A stretch of 64,000 nucleotides of DNA from the human T2T-CHM13v2.0 reference genome, Homo sapiens. Positions 30,667 through 58,560 of this stretch are shown one piece after another. The stretch's first letter is position 1. Each line of letters opens with the position of its first letter. The notes beneath the pieces are model-generated. The model saw only the letters and a list, made by a program, of their open reading frames with translations. It was not told the DNA's origin and searched no databases. The position numbers were made by a program, and so were the translations under genes. The stretch lies in assembly GCF_009914755.1 (NCBI RefSeq), contig NC_060931.1; one strand, 5' to 3'.

Positions 30667-32517
30667 TTATATAAATCTAGTGATTCATTTCATCATTTAC
30701 TTTTCATTTTTTGTTATATTGCTGATTCCCATAAATTCAAAGGGAAGAGTCTTGTTTATTAAATTCCCTTTGGTAGTGCCTGCCACAGAGCCATGTGCTT
30801 TAGATTGATGATGATAACTGGACTACTCTTCTTTATTCTTTCAAAGCAGTAATTTAAGCAACCATTGAAAGTGAAAATACACAGAAGTTAAAAATCATGG
30901 CTAGAATTGAAGTGTGACAACCTGAGGATCGGTACAAGTATACCACATATACATGGTCACACATAGAGAACTTGCATACAGATTCCCCAACTCGGAGTTG
31001 AGACTTGCCCAGCTGACTTGCAATGAGTCAGATGGTGTGTATAGGGGACCTAATATGTGCCCATTCAACCACACAGACCTCAATGATCACTATGTATTTT
31101 TGCCTTAAATATCTAATGGCAAGAAAAAGAAATAATAGCTTTATTCACTGAGAAACAGGTACTTTGCCAAGAAATCCTAGTGTTTCAAAGGGAATAAATG
31201 TGAGACTAATTGAAAGGCATATTTATGCCATATTGAGGTAAACGGATTTGTCAAGAATACATGAAAGTCAGAGTTTTTAAACTGCTTTAGCTTCACATTG
31301 ACCAGAATAGTTTACCATTTTTAAGGAGTTATTTTACTTCTAACATCAGATGGGGGAGAATTACGCAGGTAAATTACCCTTAGCTGCCTCCAAAGTTAAG
31401 GTCACAATTTTACTACAGCTTGAACAATAGTTAAGAATTTTGTATATGCAATAAACAGGGCCATTTATGTCTCTTTTCTTACTGCTACAAGCTTTCAGAG
31501 TAGTTCTGAGGTTGCTGACAACCAATATAGCCTGCTAAATGGGGAAATTACCTGGAGAAATTTCCTAATTTCCTCCTCAAAATCAACAAGATTTGGCTGG
31601 AGAAGGAGCAAGCTTGTAAGGGGTAATAATCAAGTAAATATGGTATTTGTTGAGGCATTTACCAAGAATTTGGGGTAGCAGTATATATGAAATGTGCATA
31701 CCACATAGTACCTGGACTAGAAATAGGGGCATTGATCAAATTCTCCTTCTGGTCTGGGGAAATGTATATTTATATACTCTTTATCAAAAGCAAACACTTT
31801 GCATCAATATTTGCAATATTTGCAATTCTCATTCAAGTTCTAAGGTAAAAGAACTAAAGAATTTTTCTATTTATCAACACAGCAAATGAGATTTTCCTGT
31901 GTTTTTCTAAGCCACACTAGGAAAGCCTTTGTTTTGCATTTCCTGGTATTACTTGTGGATGCTATTTTTACCCAGGACTGCTGCTGACAATCCCAAAATG
32001 GATTCTGCAGTTTATATTCTTTTTCCAGCACCCACAGATCTGCCACATTGCCTAGGCCTAGTGTCAGGGTGTTCTCATAAACATTTTTTTCGACCCATTT
32101 ATTTGTGGTTAACCCACTTTAGCTTGCCCTAAAATGGTTGCTCTGTCATCCACCTTCATGTCCAGCCCAGCAGATGTGGGTTCAATAAGCAAGTCCTGAT
32201 AAACAGGCTGCCTTCTAGAACCTAGGAGGTTCTGACTTTGGTGACAAGGATGACCTACAGGTCTTAATGGCTTTATAGGGCCTTAGTGAGGACTCTGGCT
32301 TTCATCACAATTAGATGGGAAGTCACTGTAGGCTTTGCTGGGCTTTGATGGAATTTAGCGTATGCTAAGGCTTGTTTCATACTAACTTTCTTTGGCTTTA
32401 GATATCCCTTTACCCCTTCTCTTTAAGAGCTGATTCTTCAATCACACAGATATAACGGTGACCGAGGAAATGGGGGCAAAAAGAGCATAATAACGTAAAT
32501 ATTATTAAATTTTCCAG

Positions 32518-32673
32518 AGTTGAAAAAAGTGCCAAACAACATCCCTCCAGATATTGTTAAACTTGACTTGTCATACAATAAAATCAACCAACTTCGACCC
32601 AAGGAATTTGAAGATGTTCATGAGCTGAAGAAATTAAACCTCAGCAGCAATGGCATTGAATTCATCGATCCTG
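32518..32673 (+). CDS. LRRC17: LRRC17 exon 3 (156 nt, phase 1-1): (E)LKKVPNNIPPDIVKLDLSYNKINQLRPKEFEDVHELKKLNLSSNGIEFIDP
   Basis: ORF 32520..32753. TTTTCCAG acceptor and G|GTAAGT donor; typical LRRs. Confidence 0.97.
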
Positions 32674-32979
32674 GTAAGTTCCCCTGTATAGCCCCTTCAA
32701 TGGGTGGCAAGTGTTCTGTGATTTTTTTCTATGGCAACACTTATATACAGTAAATTCAGTTTAAAAGTAACTGAACTAAATAATAAAGTACAAGTTTTAA
32801 TTAAACATGACACTTATACTAGGAGTTGTTTGCCACTCAGATAAATACTTGCCAAAATGCTGCTTTATGAAGTATGTAATACCACATATTACTACCATTT
32901 AATTCAGTTAGCCCAAATAGTGTGTTATAGATTTTTAAAGTAATATATGGCAAATGGTCAATAGTATACTAAAATGTAG

Positions 32980-33597
<618 letters not shown>

Positions 33598-34434
33598 TAA
33601 ATGTAGTGATTTTTAAAGGGAAATTCAAATTTGGAATTTTTTTTGCTATTCATTAAGCCCCATCTTGTTTAGAATAAATTAGAAACAAACTGCTAAGCAC
33701 TAAGCTCAAATTAGGATAAAATGTGCTCAAACCAGAGCCAGACATATTATATCTAGTTCTAGATCAAGACCAATTCTCTTTCCCATCCTTCAAATCTCTT
33801 CTCCATTTGCTAAGCAAAGCCTCTGGCGAAAATGAGCTTGGTAAATTAAGTAAACACATCGGATTTGGAAAGAACTGAGAATTACTGCAATATTGACCAG
33901 ATTTATAACATATATAACACAAGTGCTTTCACTAGGCTACTTCAATTTGAAAAGTTTTAACTATGAAAATGATTATTAAAATTATTAATAATGTAATGTA
34001 ATGTTATAAACATTTTGAGTACAACTGTTTCCCCTGCTTTTCTTCATGATAATCTAATACCATTAATAGAACATTAGAATTTTAACACAATAAAAGTGAA
34101 AAATTAGAATGAACATTCTGGAGCCACAAGGGCATATTTTAGAGTTAACCTCTTTTTAAAAATTAGAAAAGCATAATTTTTTAAAATTTCCCAAGGGACA
34201 GCAGTATGCTACACTTATACCTTAGCTTGTTACAGATGATGCTAACTTGGGAGTATGTTTGAACTGTGAAGTCAAAAGCAATTTTCATTTTTCAATAAAT
34301 AAGGATACTACAGACACCCTTCTCCCAAATGAAGTTAGCATTACATTAGTGTGCAAGTCAGTCACTGGTAGCCAGTGTCATGTCCACAAAGCCAGGGTAC
34401 AGGGTAAAGAATCTGGAAGTGGAGACCCTTTCTT

Positions 34435-34700
34435 GCAAGAAAAACTCACTTCGACCCCCTATGATTCCATCTCCAACCTGACCAATCAGCACTCCCCACT
34501 TCCCAAGCCCCTACCTAGCAAATTATCTTTAAAAACTCTGATGCCTGAATGCTCAGGGAGACTGATTTGAGTAATAATAAAACTCTGGTCTCCCGCACAG
34601 CCAGCTCTGCATGAATTACTCTTTCTCCATTGCAATTCCCCTGTCTTGATAAATAGACTCTGTCTAGGCAGCGGGCAAGGTGAACCCATTGGATGGCTAC
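34435..34700 (+). mobile_element. ERV1 LTR 3' part (LTR8-like)
   Basis: CCAATCAGCA, TTTAAAAA, AATAAA (34576) and terminal ...GAACCCATTGGATGGCTACA. Confidence 0.75.
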
Positions 34701-35377
34701 AAACTAAAGAATCTCAGGACAAGCAAAAGCCATTCCAAAGGTCCTTGGGCAAGTGTCTAATTTCCTTCTGCTGTCATCCACAAGCAAAACTGTAGTTTAC
34801 CAACTATCAATGCAAACAAGTTTTAAAGCTGTCTCAAAAAAAAAAAAAGATTATAATAGTTATTATATGTCCTAAGTTAAATGTATTAAAGTAATGAGTA
34901 ACAGTGTGGCAATGTTTTAGTTACAACAAAACTAGTATACAAAGAAAACTTGAGAAAAATGAGAAGACAATGCAAAGAGATAGATAATAGTGTAAAATGG
35001 ACTTGCCTTGCTTCTACTGATGTTTTTCACATGTTTCCCGTAACTGATACTTTTCATCAGTTGTGGAATTCCCATAATTGCAGGGATTCCTTTTCTGTCC
35101 TTAGGATCCCCTGAAGGCCTTTTAATCTTGTTCACCAAATGTGTGTTCCTTGCTGACACAAAATGGTCTCTACCATCAGTGGTGGTACTCTTTTTTCCCC
35201 CTTTGTTCAATTCAATCTCAGGAACGTATTTCCTACATTAATAAATATTTACTGAGCACCTACCAAATGCCAAGCACTTTCCTAGAACAAAAGTTCTTTT
35301 GAAACAAAAAAGTATCTTGGCAGTTAAGGCAAAATGACCTAAAGAAGTTTTAAAATGAAAGGTCTCCTATATTTCAG

Positions 35378-35430
35378 GGTCTTTGAGATGAAACCCTGCA
35401 AGTAGACTTACGTGAATGATTTTTGCTGTG
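35378..35430 (+). CDS. LRRC17: LRRC17 alternative cassette exon (53 nt) encoding GSLR-stop (TGA 35389-35391), giving the short isoform
   Basis: ATTTCAG acceptor and GTG|GTAAGT donor. A phase-1 join gives G-S-L-R-stop, which matches my recollection of the short (p37NB-type) isoform C-terminus. Confidence 0.8.
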
Positions 35431-36599
35431 GTAAGTATACAAATGCAGTGGGAGTTGCCAGACTTTAAAAGACGTGAATAACAATCATATAAAATGCCAG
35501 ACATTGTTGTGGAAAAGAGAAAGAAGATACCCTACTAGGGGGTTTTTACCTCCTTTAAGAAACAGACTAAAACTAGTTTTCTCAAGTGCCTGAATATATA
35601 TGGTTTAAATAACAATATACAACACTTTCAAAATAAAATCTAGGAATGTTTACATATGCTTTTAATCTCAAAGTCTAATGTCTTGAGAAAAGTAAATCTG
35701 TGAGATCACTGACTCACAGAATTTTAGCAAATAGAAAAAATCCAGTATCTTCAGAACACAAGGGCTGATCTTTTGTCCCCTACCCGCAAGACATTGCTTG
35801 GTACCAAAATAGAAAGTTATTTTTTTAAGGGGGAATTATGGGTTTTTTCTGAGAACAGATAATATGAAAATAGTTAATAGTATTGGTATGACCACATATT
35901 TTCCTAATTCAAAATAAGGACGCTATGCTCTACAAGAGTATTTTAAAACAATAATGAGATAATGTTTGAAATAGAAACAAAATATTTGTGAGTATTTCTG
36001 GAGTATCTGGCTGGTCCATATCAACTGGAATACAGATAACCCAGGTGTAGATTTCTTTGCTCTTAGAGGGTGAAAAAAGCTTTTTGTTGTTTTATTTTCA
36101 GTTATATTGGTTTTAATTATCCAGCCTCCAGCAAAATTAAATACATATGGATTCAAAGCTGATAGCTACCATAGTTTGCCAAAATACAACCAGATGTTTT
36201 CAAAATGTGGAAAAATTGTTTTTGGACTCTACAGGAATAGAACCCTTCCCCCAACACTGGGAAAAGGTTGTTTTCTAGGCATTTTCAGTGTTACTGATAT
36301 CCCAGGAACTGTCAGATCACCACCCGGCACATTTTTCATTTTTATCTGCACTTGTCTTACATGCGAAATATTTTCTTAATTCATGTCTCTTTTTTGTAGC
36401 ATCTTTTTTTCCCAAGTAAATACCAAAAAAAAAAAAGCCCAAAATACATTTTTTAAAGCTAACTTAAAACTGAATATTGTATTCTAGTAAAACTAATCAA
36501 GGGAAAAGCTTTGAGTAACAATATATTTCACAATTTTGCATTTAGACACATTTACAGTGAAGAAATATAATTAAAAACAAAACCTTCTATCAATCCAGA

Positions 36600-37237
36600 A
36601 ATTCTCTCCACAAAGGTAGTAACGAAAGAAACACTTTCATTATTGACTAAGCGTTAAACCAGAATGTGACGCATATCACAGGCAATCCACTAAGAGACTG
36701 CAAAGACTGTCGCCACTATGTAACCAGGCAGATACCACCCATTACAGGAATCTCATCCCTGTGTAGCCAAGCAGATACCACCCATTACATATACGTTTTC
36801 AGGACAAGCAATAACGAATCCTTAAGGAAGAAGATTTGACAACACCTTTTGTCACACATAATTCATCCTAACTTTACCTGGTAAATGGAGTGACCATCTG
36901 TGTTAGCTTATTGGCCTTATTCAGAGAAAAATAAATTTCTGTCTTCATGACAGGAGGTAGTTTTGCAACTGGAAGCAAGATCTCACCAAAGTTAGGACCC
37001 CACCTTCCCACCAGAGCTGGGAGATGTCCTTGGAAAATACATTCTTGCATCATAAAGGTGACAAAAAGCCTATCTAGTCTTCAAAAGGATTTAAAGACAT
37101 TTCAAAGAGAGGAGAAAGTACTTATAGTTAAAAGTTTTCTAAAGTAAAAGCTCTGAGAAAAAGAAAGGAAAAGAAATCTCTTTATTTTCAAAGGGGAAAA
37201 TTAAGCCTCTTTTTAAAATTTGTATTTGTCCTTTCCA
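36600..37237. mobile_element. Probable ERV1/MER4-group fragment ending about 60 nt before the last LRRC17 exon
   Basis: Similar to 3700-4210; contains a 27-bp internal duplication (36720 and 36763). Confidence 0.45.
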
Positions 37238-37296
37238 TATGCCATACACTGTATTAACTCAATTACTCAGGCTCAATAAATATTTTCTGTTTCCAG

Positions 37297-37694
37297 CCGC
37301 TTTTTTAGGGCTCACACATTTAGAAGAATTAGATTTATCAAACAACAGTCTGCAAAACTTTGACTATGGCGTATTAGAAGACTTGTATTTTTTGAAACTC
37401 TTGTGGCTCAGAGATAACCCTTGGAGATGTGACTACAACATTCACTACCTCTACTACTGGTTAAAGCACCACTACAATGTCCATTTTAATGGCCTGGAAT
37501 GCAAAACGCCTGAAGAATACAAAGGATGGTCTGTGGGAAAATATATTAGAAGTTACTATGAAGAATGCCCCAAAGACAAGTTACCAGCATATCCTGAGTC
37601 ATTTGACCAAGACACAGAAGATGATGAATGGGAAAAAAAACATAGAGATCACACCGCAAAGAAGCAAAGCGTAATAATTACTATAGTAGGATAA
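37297..37694 (+). CDS. LRRC17: LRRC17 last coding exon: LRR, second LRRCT (DNPWRCDY), acidic tail, TAA
   Basis: ORF 37239..37694. TTTTCTGTTTCCAG acceptor; total spliced CDS 769+156+398 = 1323 nt. Confidence 0.97.
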
Positions 37695-38006
37695 GGTAGA
37701 AATTGTTCTGATTGTAATTAGTTTTGTATTTTCTATACTGGTGTTAGAAAACATATGTTTACATTTGATTAACTGTGTTGCCTATTTATGCAGGGTAATC
37801 CAGCTAAAGGAAGCTTTCTTTAATTATAAGTATTATTGTGACTATTATAGTAATCAAGAGAATGCTATCATCCTGCTTGCCTGTCCATTTGTGGAACAGC
37901 ATCTGGTGATATGCAATTCCACACTGGTAACCTGCAGCAGTTGGGTCCTAATGATGGCATTAGACTTTCATAATGTCCTGTATAAATGTTTTTACTGCTT
38001 TTAGAA

Positions 38007-38167
38007 AATAAAGAAAAAAAACTTGGTTCATGTTTACATGCCTTTCGATAGCTGTTTGTGCATACTTAAAGATGATCAAAATGATTTTATACAAATGCTG
38101 TTATAATAAAATGTCATTCCCTACCCCTCTACTTTTTTTCAGTAAGTCATCTTATACATTAAATAAA
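38007..38167 (+). terminator. LRRC17: LRRC17 3'UTR polyadenylation signals (AATAAA 38007, 38105, 38162; ATTAAA 38158)
   Basis: Canonical hexamers 310-470 nt after the stop codon; the distal one is followed by T/GT-rich sequence. Confidence 0.7.
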
Positions 38168-38973
38168 TTTCCATTTCTGATTTCTGTGCATTCCAAAATG
38201 AGGTCCTGATACATCCAAATTCTCAACCACTCTTCACTGATCCTTGCAAAGTACTGTCAAGCTAGACCTGAAAGGGAATTGTCACAAACAATAAGAAGAG
38301 AATGTGAGAATTACATTGGAAGCTGGTTAGAAGCTAGGACCCTGAATAACAGCTGTAGATGGTGTGAAGCATGAGCCCTGAAGAGGTATAAACACTCGTG
38401 AATATGGAGACACCATTTTTGTTTGTTTGTTTTTGTTTTTGTTTTGAGCAGGGTTCATACTGGGAATCCACCTGTCCGTGAGAAAGGGCCCTTCCTGCTA
38501 AGCTAGTATGTCGAGGAGCATAAAATAAAGAATGAAATTAGGATTTGGGGGCAGTATTTGGGATGAAGCCAGAATAAAATATAGGAAATAATACGAGGCC
38601 ACTGAGGGAGGAGGTGGTGCCCAAAAGAAGCCCCGTGATTTGGGTTTGCAGGTTAAAATGAGCTCACCTAGAGAACTAGATCACCAGCAAAAGAGGAAAT
38701 CAGTGGAGGATTTTAGACCCTGATCCCATCAGTTTGCATTTAGATAGTCATATTCTGCAAAGAGAAAAATAAAGTGAAAAGAAATATTCGCATGTCCTTA
38801 GTGAGATACTACTTTTTCCTTTTAATATACATTTTCCTTTCATGCTGAGTTGAATACATTTTCATTTCTTGTATCAAGGTATTCCTACAAAGTTTAGCAA
38901 ATAACCACCTTATCTGATACTTGCACAAACTCCCAAAGCATGGAAGATGGTATATAACAAATAGTATTAGGCA

Positions 38974-39305
<332 letters not shown>

Positions 39306-39732
39306 TAAGAGCTTCACATATGCTACTTCTAATTCTCACAAAATCCCTCTGAGGTAGGTGATACTGTCTGCCTTTTATAGGTGAGGAATCAAGGTAGAGG
39401 GTTTAGGTAACTTGGACAAAGTCACACAGCTGGCAAGTGGCAGGGCCAGGATTCAGATCTGCCTAAGCCCTTTCTGCTATGCAGAGCTGCACAGCATTGT
39501 AAAAGTTATCCTTGTCCATGGCTGTCTGGCACCAGAACTTCCAGAACCAAACCCCAAAGAGGAGCAGGTACCAGGAAAGTGGGGGAGCACTCGTGAGGGC
39601 AGTTGGCAGGAGAAAGTCTTTTGTCCGAGACATTTAGATCTGTATTTATTTACAGGAAACAAAGAGAATGGGAAGCCAGAAGAACTGCCAGAGCTAACGC
39701 TTCAGTAAATAACTCTGGATTGTGAGTTTCTA

Positions 39733-40060
<328 letters not shown>

Positions 40061-40963
40061 TGGATTGTGAGGTTCTAACCACTCTGCCCAGTGGTCTGGG
40101 TCAGAGGTGGGGACTTAGAGACGTTACTTCTCCATGCAAATCCCTACATTGTTCACTATGAGGCATGAAAGCCAGCTACTACATTTCAAATGTTACCAGA
40201 GAGATGTAAGAAGTTCATTTATTTACAAATTCATTTATTATTGTTCATGAGCCTCAGAGTGGAATTTTAAGGACATAGGACCTGAAAGAGCCAAGATTTG
40301 ATGATGGAAAAAGCCTGGTGTGACAACAGAATCACACTGGAGGCAAGAGGATTCTGGAATGAAATGAGATGAAACCTGATTCAGAGAAAGAGCCCAAGTT
40401 GTTCTCAGTATAATTTTTAGAGGCTAGTTAGGGATTTTATTGGTTGATTTTCATATTCAATTTAATCCCCAGGGATGTATTTGGAAATAAAGCTCCTGAA
40501 CACATCAAAACAGAAATTAATCCAGGCCATCCAAAAGTAAGTCAGTAGGTATTGCTAACATCTCTCAGGGTCAAGACTGAAGTGGACTTTCAAATCTTAA
40601 GATTTGCCCCTTTTCTACATCAGAGTTAAACTTTTTCAGGGAAGTGTAGTTGATTCATGATGGAATGAACAATTAGACACTTCCTCTTCCACCAATTTCT
40701 TACTTTATAGTTACTCTTGTAACTTGCCTTTGGATGTCTCTTTTTTACGACAGACAATACAAGTTCATAAGGTTACAAAAATCAGTATATTTTACAGTAG
40801 TAAAAAATACTACTATCCTGAGATATACCTATTTGAACGTATATATCACTTGGATATTTGGATAAAATAAGTTAAAAAAAAAAACCCTTTCCTAGTCGTA
40901 AGATTCTCTGATTTTTCTGAAGTAAACAAGATTTACTATAAACGGAGTCCTCCTGAGTCCTGA

Positions 40964-41464
<501 letters not shown>

Positions 41465-41467
41465 TGA

Positions 41468-42097
<630 letters not shown>

Positions 42098-42352
42098 TAA
42101 ATATTTTAAGATAACATTCTACAGTTAATTTTCTAAAATTTTACTGGTATAAGGATTACAACTGTTGTGTTCAATCAGCCAAACAGCCCAAAAGAGTAGC
42201 CAATATTTATCTTCAATCTAACAGTCAGAAAACCAATCTTCCCAGAAATGTGTGTAATTCTTGACACACCAATAGAGGAACTGATCTTAGCTGGGGTAGG
42301 GGTTGGTAGTGGGGCAGGAGAGACAATGGAAAAGCTAAAACATCTCTGAGAA

Positions 42353-42567
42353 TTTTTTTTTAACTTTTATTTTAATTTCAAGGGTACATGTATAGGTTTG
42401 TTATATAGGTAAACTTGTGTCACAGGGGTTTGTTGTACAGATAATTTAGTCACCCAGGTATTAAGCCTAGTACATGTTAGTTATTTTTGCTGATCCTCTC
42501 CATCCTCCCACCCTCCACCCTCTGGTAAGCCCTAGTGTCCATCATTCCTCTCTATGTGTCCATGTGT
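42353..42567 (-). mobile_element. Old L1PA (about PA13-16) 3' end
   Basis: GGTTTGTTATATAGGTAAACTTGTGTCACAGGGG 3'UTR motif with a T tail. Confidence 0.8.
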
Positions 42568-42908
42568 TAAGAATGGTTTTTATCTTTGACACACTCAAGT
42601 TTTCTGGAATTAAAATGGGTTTGATTAAATAATTTTCAGTAAATTAAAAATATTACCAAGATAAGACAGACATTACATTTGCTTCCTTAAAAAAAATCAA
42701 GGTCTACTCAGGCTTGAATGCTCAGTTGTTTCTGTGATGAAGACAATTGTACTAAGAAGTACACTTCCAGAAAAATACTGCGTGAAATATATTTTAGTTA
42801 CAAAATATTAAAAATTTAAAGAAAGAAAATGTTTACAGGCTATCTTGACCTCAGATACATATACAAACATATACATCCTATGTATAGTGGTTAAAACCTC
42901 ACAATCCA

Positions 42909-43220
42909 GGCTGGGCATGGTGGCTCACACCTGTAATCCCAACACTTCAGGAGGCTGAGGCAGGCAGATCACTTGACGTCGGGAGTTCAAGACCAGCCTG
43001 GCCAACATGGCGAAATCCCGTCTCTACTAAAAGTCCAAAAATTAGCCAGGCATGGTGGTGCACACCTGTAATCCCACCTACTCAGGAGACTGAGGCATGA
43101 GAATTGTTTGAACTGGGGAGATGTGGTTGCAGTGAGCCAAGATTGTACCACTATATTCCAGTCTGGGCGAACCAGCAAGACTCTGTCTCAAAAAAAAACA
43201 AAAACAAAAACAGAAACACA
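42909..43220 (+). mobile_element. AluS
   Basis: Full dimer. Confidence 0.93.
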
Positions 43221-46810
<3,590 letters not shown>

Positions 46811-47054
46811 GCTTCCAGATAAGCATGCCTTGCTATTTCTCAGAAACTCATTCCACTGTTCAACTACCATTGCTATCATGAAAATCTTAGGTCAAACTGA
46901 AACCCTGAATGTTGCAACTTGAGTCCATTTCCTTCCTTCAGAAAATGCAGATGTATTTAATAGTATATTTTCTATGTATATTTCATATGTGTATATATGT
47001 GTGTATACACATATACCTATAGGGAAAGAGGGACAGACAAAAACAGAGAAACAA

Positions 47055-51668
<4,614 letters not shown>

Positions 51669-53293
51669 CAGAGACAGAGAGAGCAAATTTGGGTGGCTAA
51701 CACTTTAAGGTTTATAATTATTTTATTAACTTTTTATTACTACAAACATAATAAATTGGTTAAAAATGGCAGACTAAGCACATGTTCAGCTTCTCTCACC
51801 TGCCCAAAATCCAAGAATGAATTTTTTTTCAAAAATGTATAACATGCGTGAAGACAAAGCAAGAATGGCCTTGGTGGATCAGAAACAAACAGTTCCTAAA
51901 AATCCAAAGGCGGATGTGACCAGACAGAATGAGGAACATGCAGGACACAGCTGCTGTAAAGGTGAAAACAGCATTATATCCACATACAGGATGTATCCCA
52001 GAAATTAAAAGACGTATTAATATTAACATTATTTTCATGAAAAATATGAAAAAGGAGACATGAACAAGACTCCTGCATATCCCTGCTACTTTTCAACATT
52101 GCAAAAAAGGTCCTAAACAATGTAATAAAATGAGAAAAAGAGAAAAGATATAGGAATAGGCATGAATGAAAATAAAACTGTCAACATTCCCAGATATGAC
52201 AGTCTACCTAGAAAATTCAAGAGAATCAATTGACAAGCTATTAAAACCAAGAAGAGAGCTTAATACATGGTCAGATACAATAACATCATATAAAAAACTA
52301 CTGCTTTGTGTAGCACCAGCAATAATCAATCAGAATTATTCCATTTTGCATAATTTCTTTTTTTCACTAAAAAATGTACAGACACAGTTGAAACTCCTTG
52401 TGCACTTCTTCCCCATTCCATTAAATTCTATCTATTTGCACAACCACTGTCTTGCGTTTGGAGTTTTTCTTTCTCATGCATGCTTTTTATATGTCACTAT
52501 ATGTGTGTGTACTTAAAAATCTATAGTAATATATATTGTTTGAAATTATTTCAAAATAAAAGGTAAAAATATATATAATTTTGCAAATTGAAAAGTTATA
52601 TACAAATGGTATTAGATTTTATATATAATATATAGCTCTCTCATGCAACTTCATTTTACCCTTTAATATCTTTAGACTTCTCCAACTGGTATTTGTACAT
52701 GTATATGACATTCTATCTGGAGTCAATATGAATGTATACATTTTTGAAATATATTGTTTATTTCATTTCCAGAAATACTTATATGATAGATAGAAAACGC
52801 ATCTCAAAGGATATATAGGTTAAAGGATATATAGGTTAAAGACAAATATCACAATGGAAGTACAAAGCAGTCAGTCTGGAAAAAATTGGAAATAATCTCA
52901 ATGTCCATCAAATAGAAGAAGGTTAAATAAAGTATGTTACATCTATAACATAGAAAATAATTTTACAGTATGTAAAAATAATTTAGTGGATCTATATGCA
53001 CTGACATGGAAAGATTTTCAGGACATAAAAGAAAATATAAAACAATATGACTCATGTTGTAAAGTTGTGTATTTTTAATCACATATATAGAAATGTATTT
53101 TAGAAAAACAGAAAACTAATAACATTGGATGCCTTTGAGTAAGTGAATAGGTTTGAGGGAAGTGAAAAAAGATGGTTTTACTGTCTATTGTTAGTTTTTT
53201 AAAAATAAGAATATGTTTTATATTTTTTAGTAGAAAAAATTGATGATCCATAGAAATACAAATACTAGACCCCAAAAGAGTAGTCAAGAATAG

Positions 53294-56477
<3,184 letters not shown>

Positions 56478-56627
56478 CTATATTATACACTTATTAAATG
56501 GTTATAATTGGTATCCTTATGACCTAAAACTGTCACTGAAGTTTCCTTTTTAATCTATGCTTTTCTGTATATTTGTTTAATTGTAATACAGGAAAGCAAG
56601 ACAAATAGTTGTAATGAACATACTTAC

Positions 56628-56760
56628 TGACAGATCTGAAAGTTTTGGGTCGGAGAAGACAACCACGAAAATTCAAACGCAGCACATTTAAACGCCACCT
56701 TTGCAAAGTAGACACTATATATTTATCTGGAATCACATTTTTCACTGAGGAAAAATCAAT
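56628..56760 (-). CDS. FBXL13: FBXL13 coding exon (133 nt, phase 0-1): IDFSSVKNVIPDKYIVSTLQRWRLNVLRLNFRGCLLRPKTFRSV
   Basis: Overlaps ORF 56533..56745. TAG acceptor at 56763-56761 and GTAAGT donor from 56627; phases fit both neighbours. Confidence 0.95.
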
Positions 56761-56799
56761 CTAAAAAGAATAAACAAAATGCATTAAGAAATGAGAAAG

Positions 56800-57123
56800 T
56801 CCCCAAAAACAATTGCAACAAAAACAATAATAGACAAATGTGACCTAATTAAACTAAAGAGCTTCTGTACAGCAAAAGAAACTATCAATAGAGAAGACAG
56901 ACAACCTATAGAATGAGAGAGATATTTGCAAACTATGCATCCAACAAAAGCCTAATATCCAGAATCTATAGGAAACTTAAATCAACAAGCAAAAACAACC
57001 CCATAAAAATAGGCGAAGAACATGAACAGATACTTCTCAAAAGAAGAAATACAAGTGGCCAAGAAATAGATGAGAAAATGATCCACATCATTATCAGATA
57101 AATGCAAATTGAAACCACAATGA
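56800..57123 (+). mobile_element. L1 ORF2 fragment (L1PB/L1MA-like)
   Basis: ORF 56913..57101 (IFANYASNKSLISRIY). Confidence 0.8.
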
Positions 57124-57806
<683 letters not shown>

Positions 57807-58309
57807 TGATTATAAATGTAATCCAACCTTTGCCTTAACAATTCTACTTCTAAGAATTTATTCTGCCGATGTAATCATACATGTATACAATGCAACACTG
57901 AGAAACAGGATATTCACCACAGGATTTTATTAACGAAAGATAGGAAACAACCTAAATGTCTTTCGATAGGAGACAGATTAAATAAATTGAGTGACTTCCA
58001 TACAACAGACCACTGGACAAAAGCTGAATTCAGGGCAAAAAAGCACAACTCAGAAAGAGAAAATCTAAAGCAATAGAGTCCAAGTATGCTGCTCTCTGAT
58101 TGGCTGATTCAATTCAGGGACAAAATGCACAGTATCTAGAGGACTTACTGGACCCGAACCCTTCATGAACATTACTCGTTAATGCCAAGCATTTTATGAG
58201 AGTTGGGACTCAGGGCTCAAAGTTATATCATTGTAAAAGAACCTTAAGAGGAGAAATTCTATGCTGCTAGTTAGGGGAAAGGCAAATGGCAGACCTGGCA
58301 TTCTCTTAT

Positions 58310-58560
58310 AAATAGTTGATAATTAAGAGCACACACTTTGTAGTCTGACAAATCAGAATTTGAATCCCATCCTAGCCATTTAACCATGTTGGCTATGACT
58401 TAACTAAGGCTTAGTTTTTTTTCATCTGTAAAATGGGAAAAATAACAGTGCCTAACTCAGGAGGCTGCAGAGACAAACTGAGAAAATGCAAATAAAGTAC
58501 TTAGTGTAGCATCTGGCATATAAGAAAGCATTCAATAAATATTAGCTACTATTATTACTT
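58310..58560 (+). mobile_element. MIR
   Basis: TTTGAATCCCA...CATCTGTAAAATGGG...CTGGCATATAAG motifs. Confidence 0.8.
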
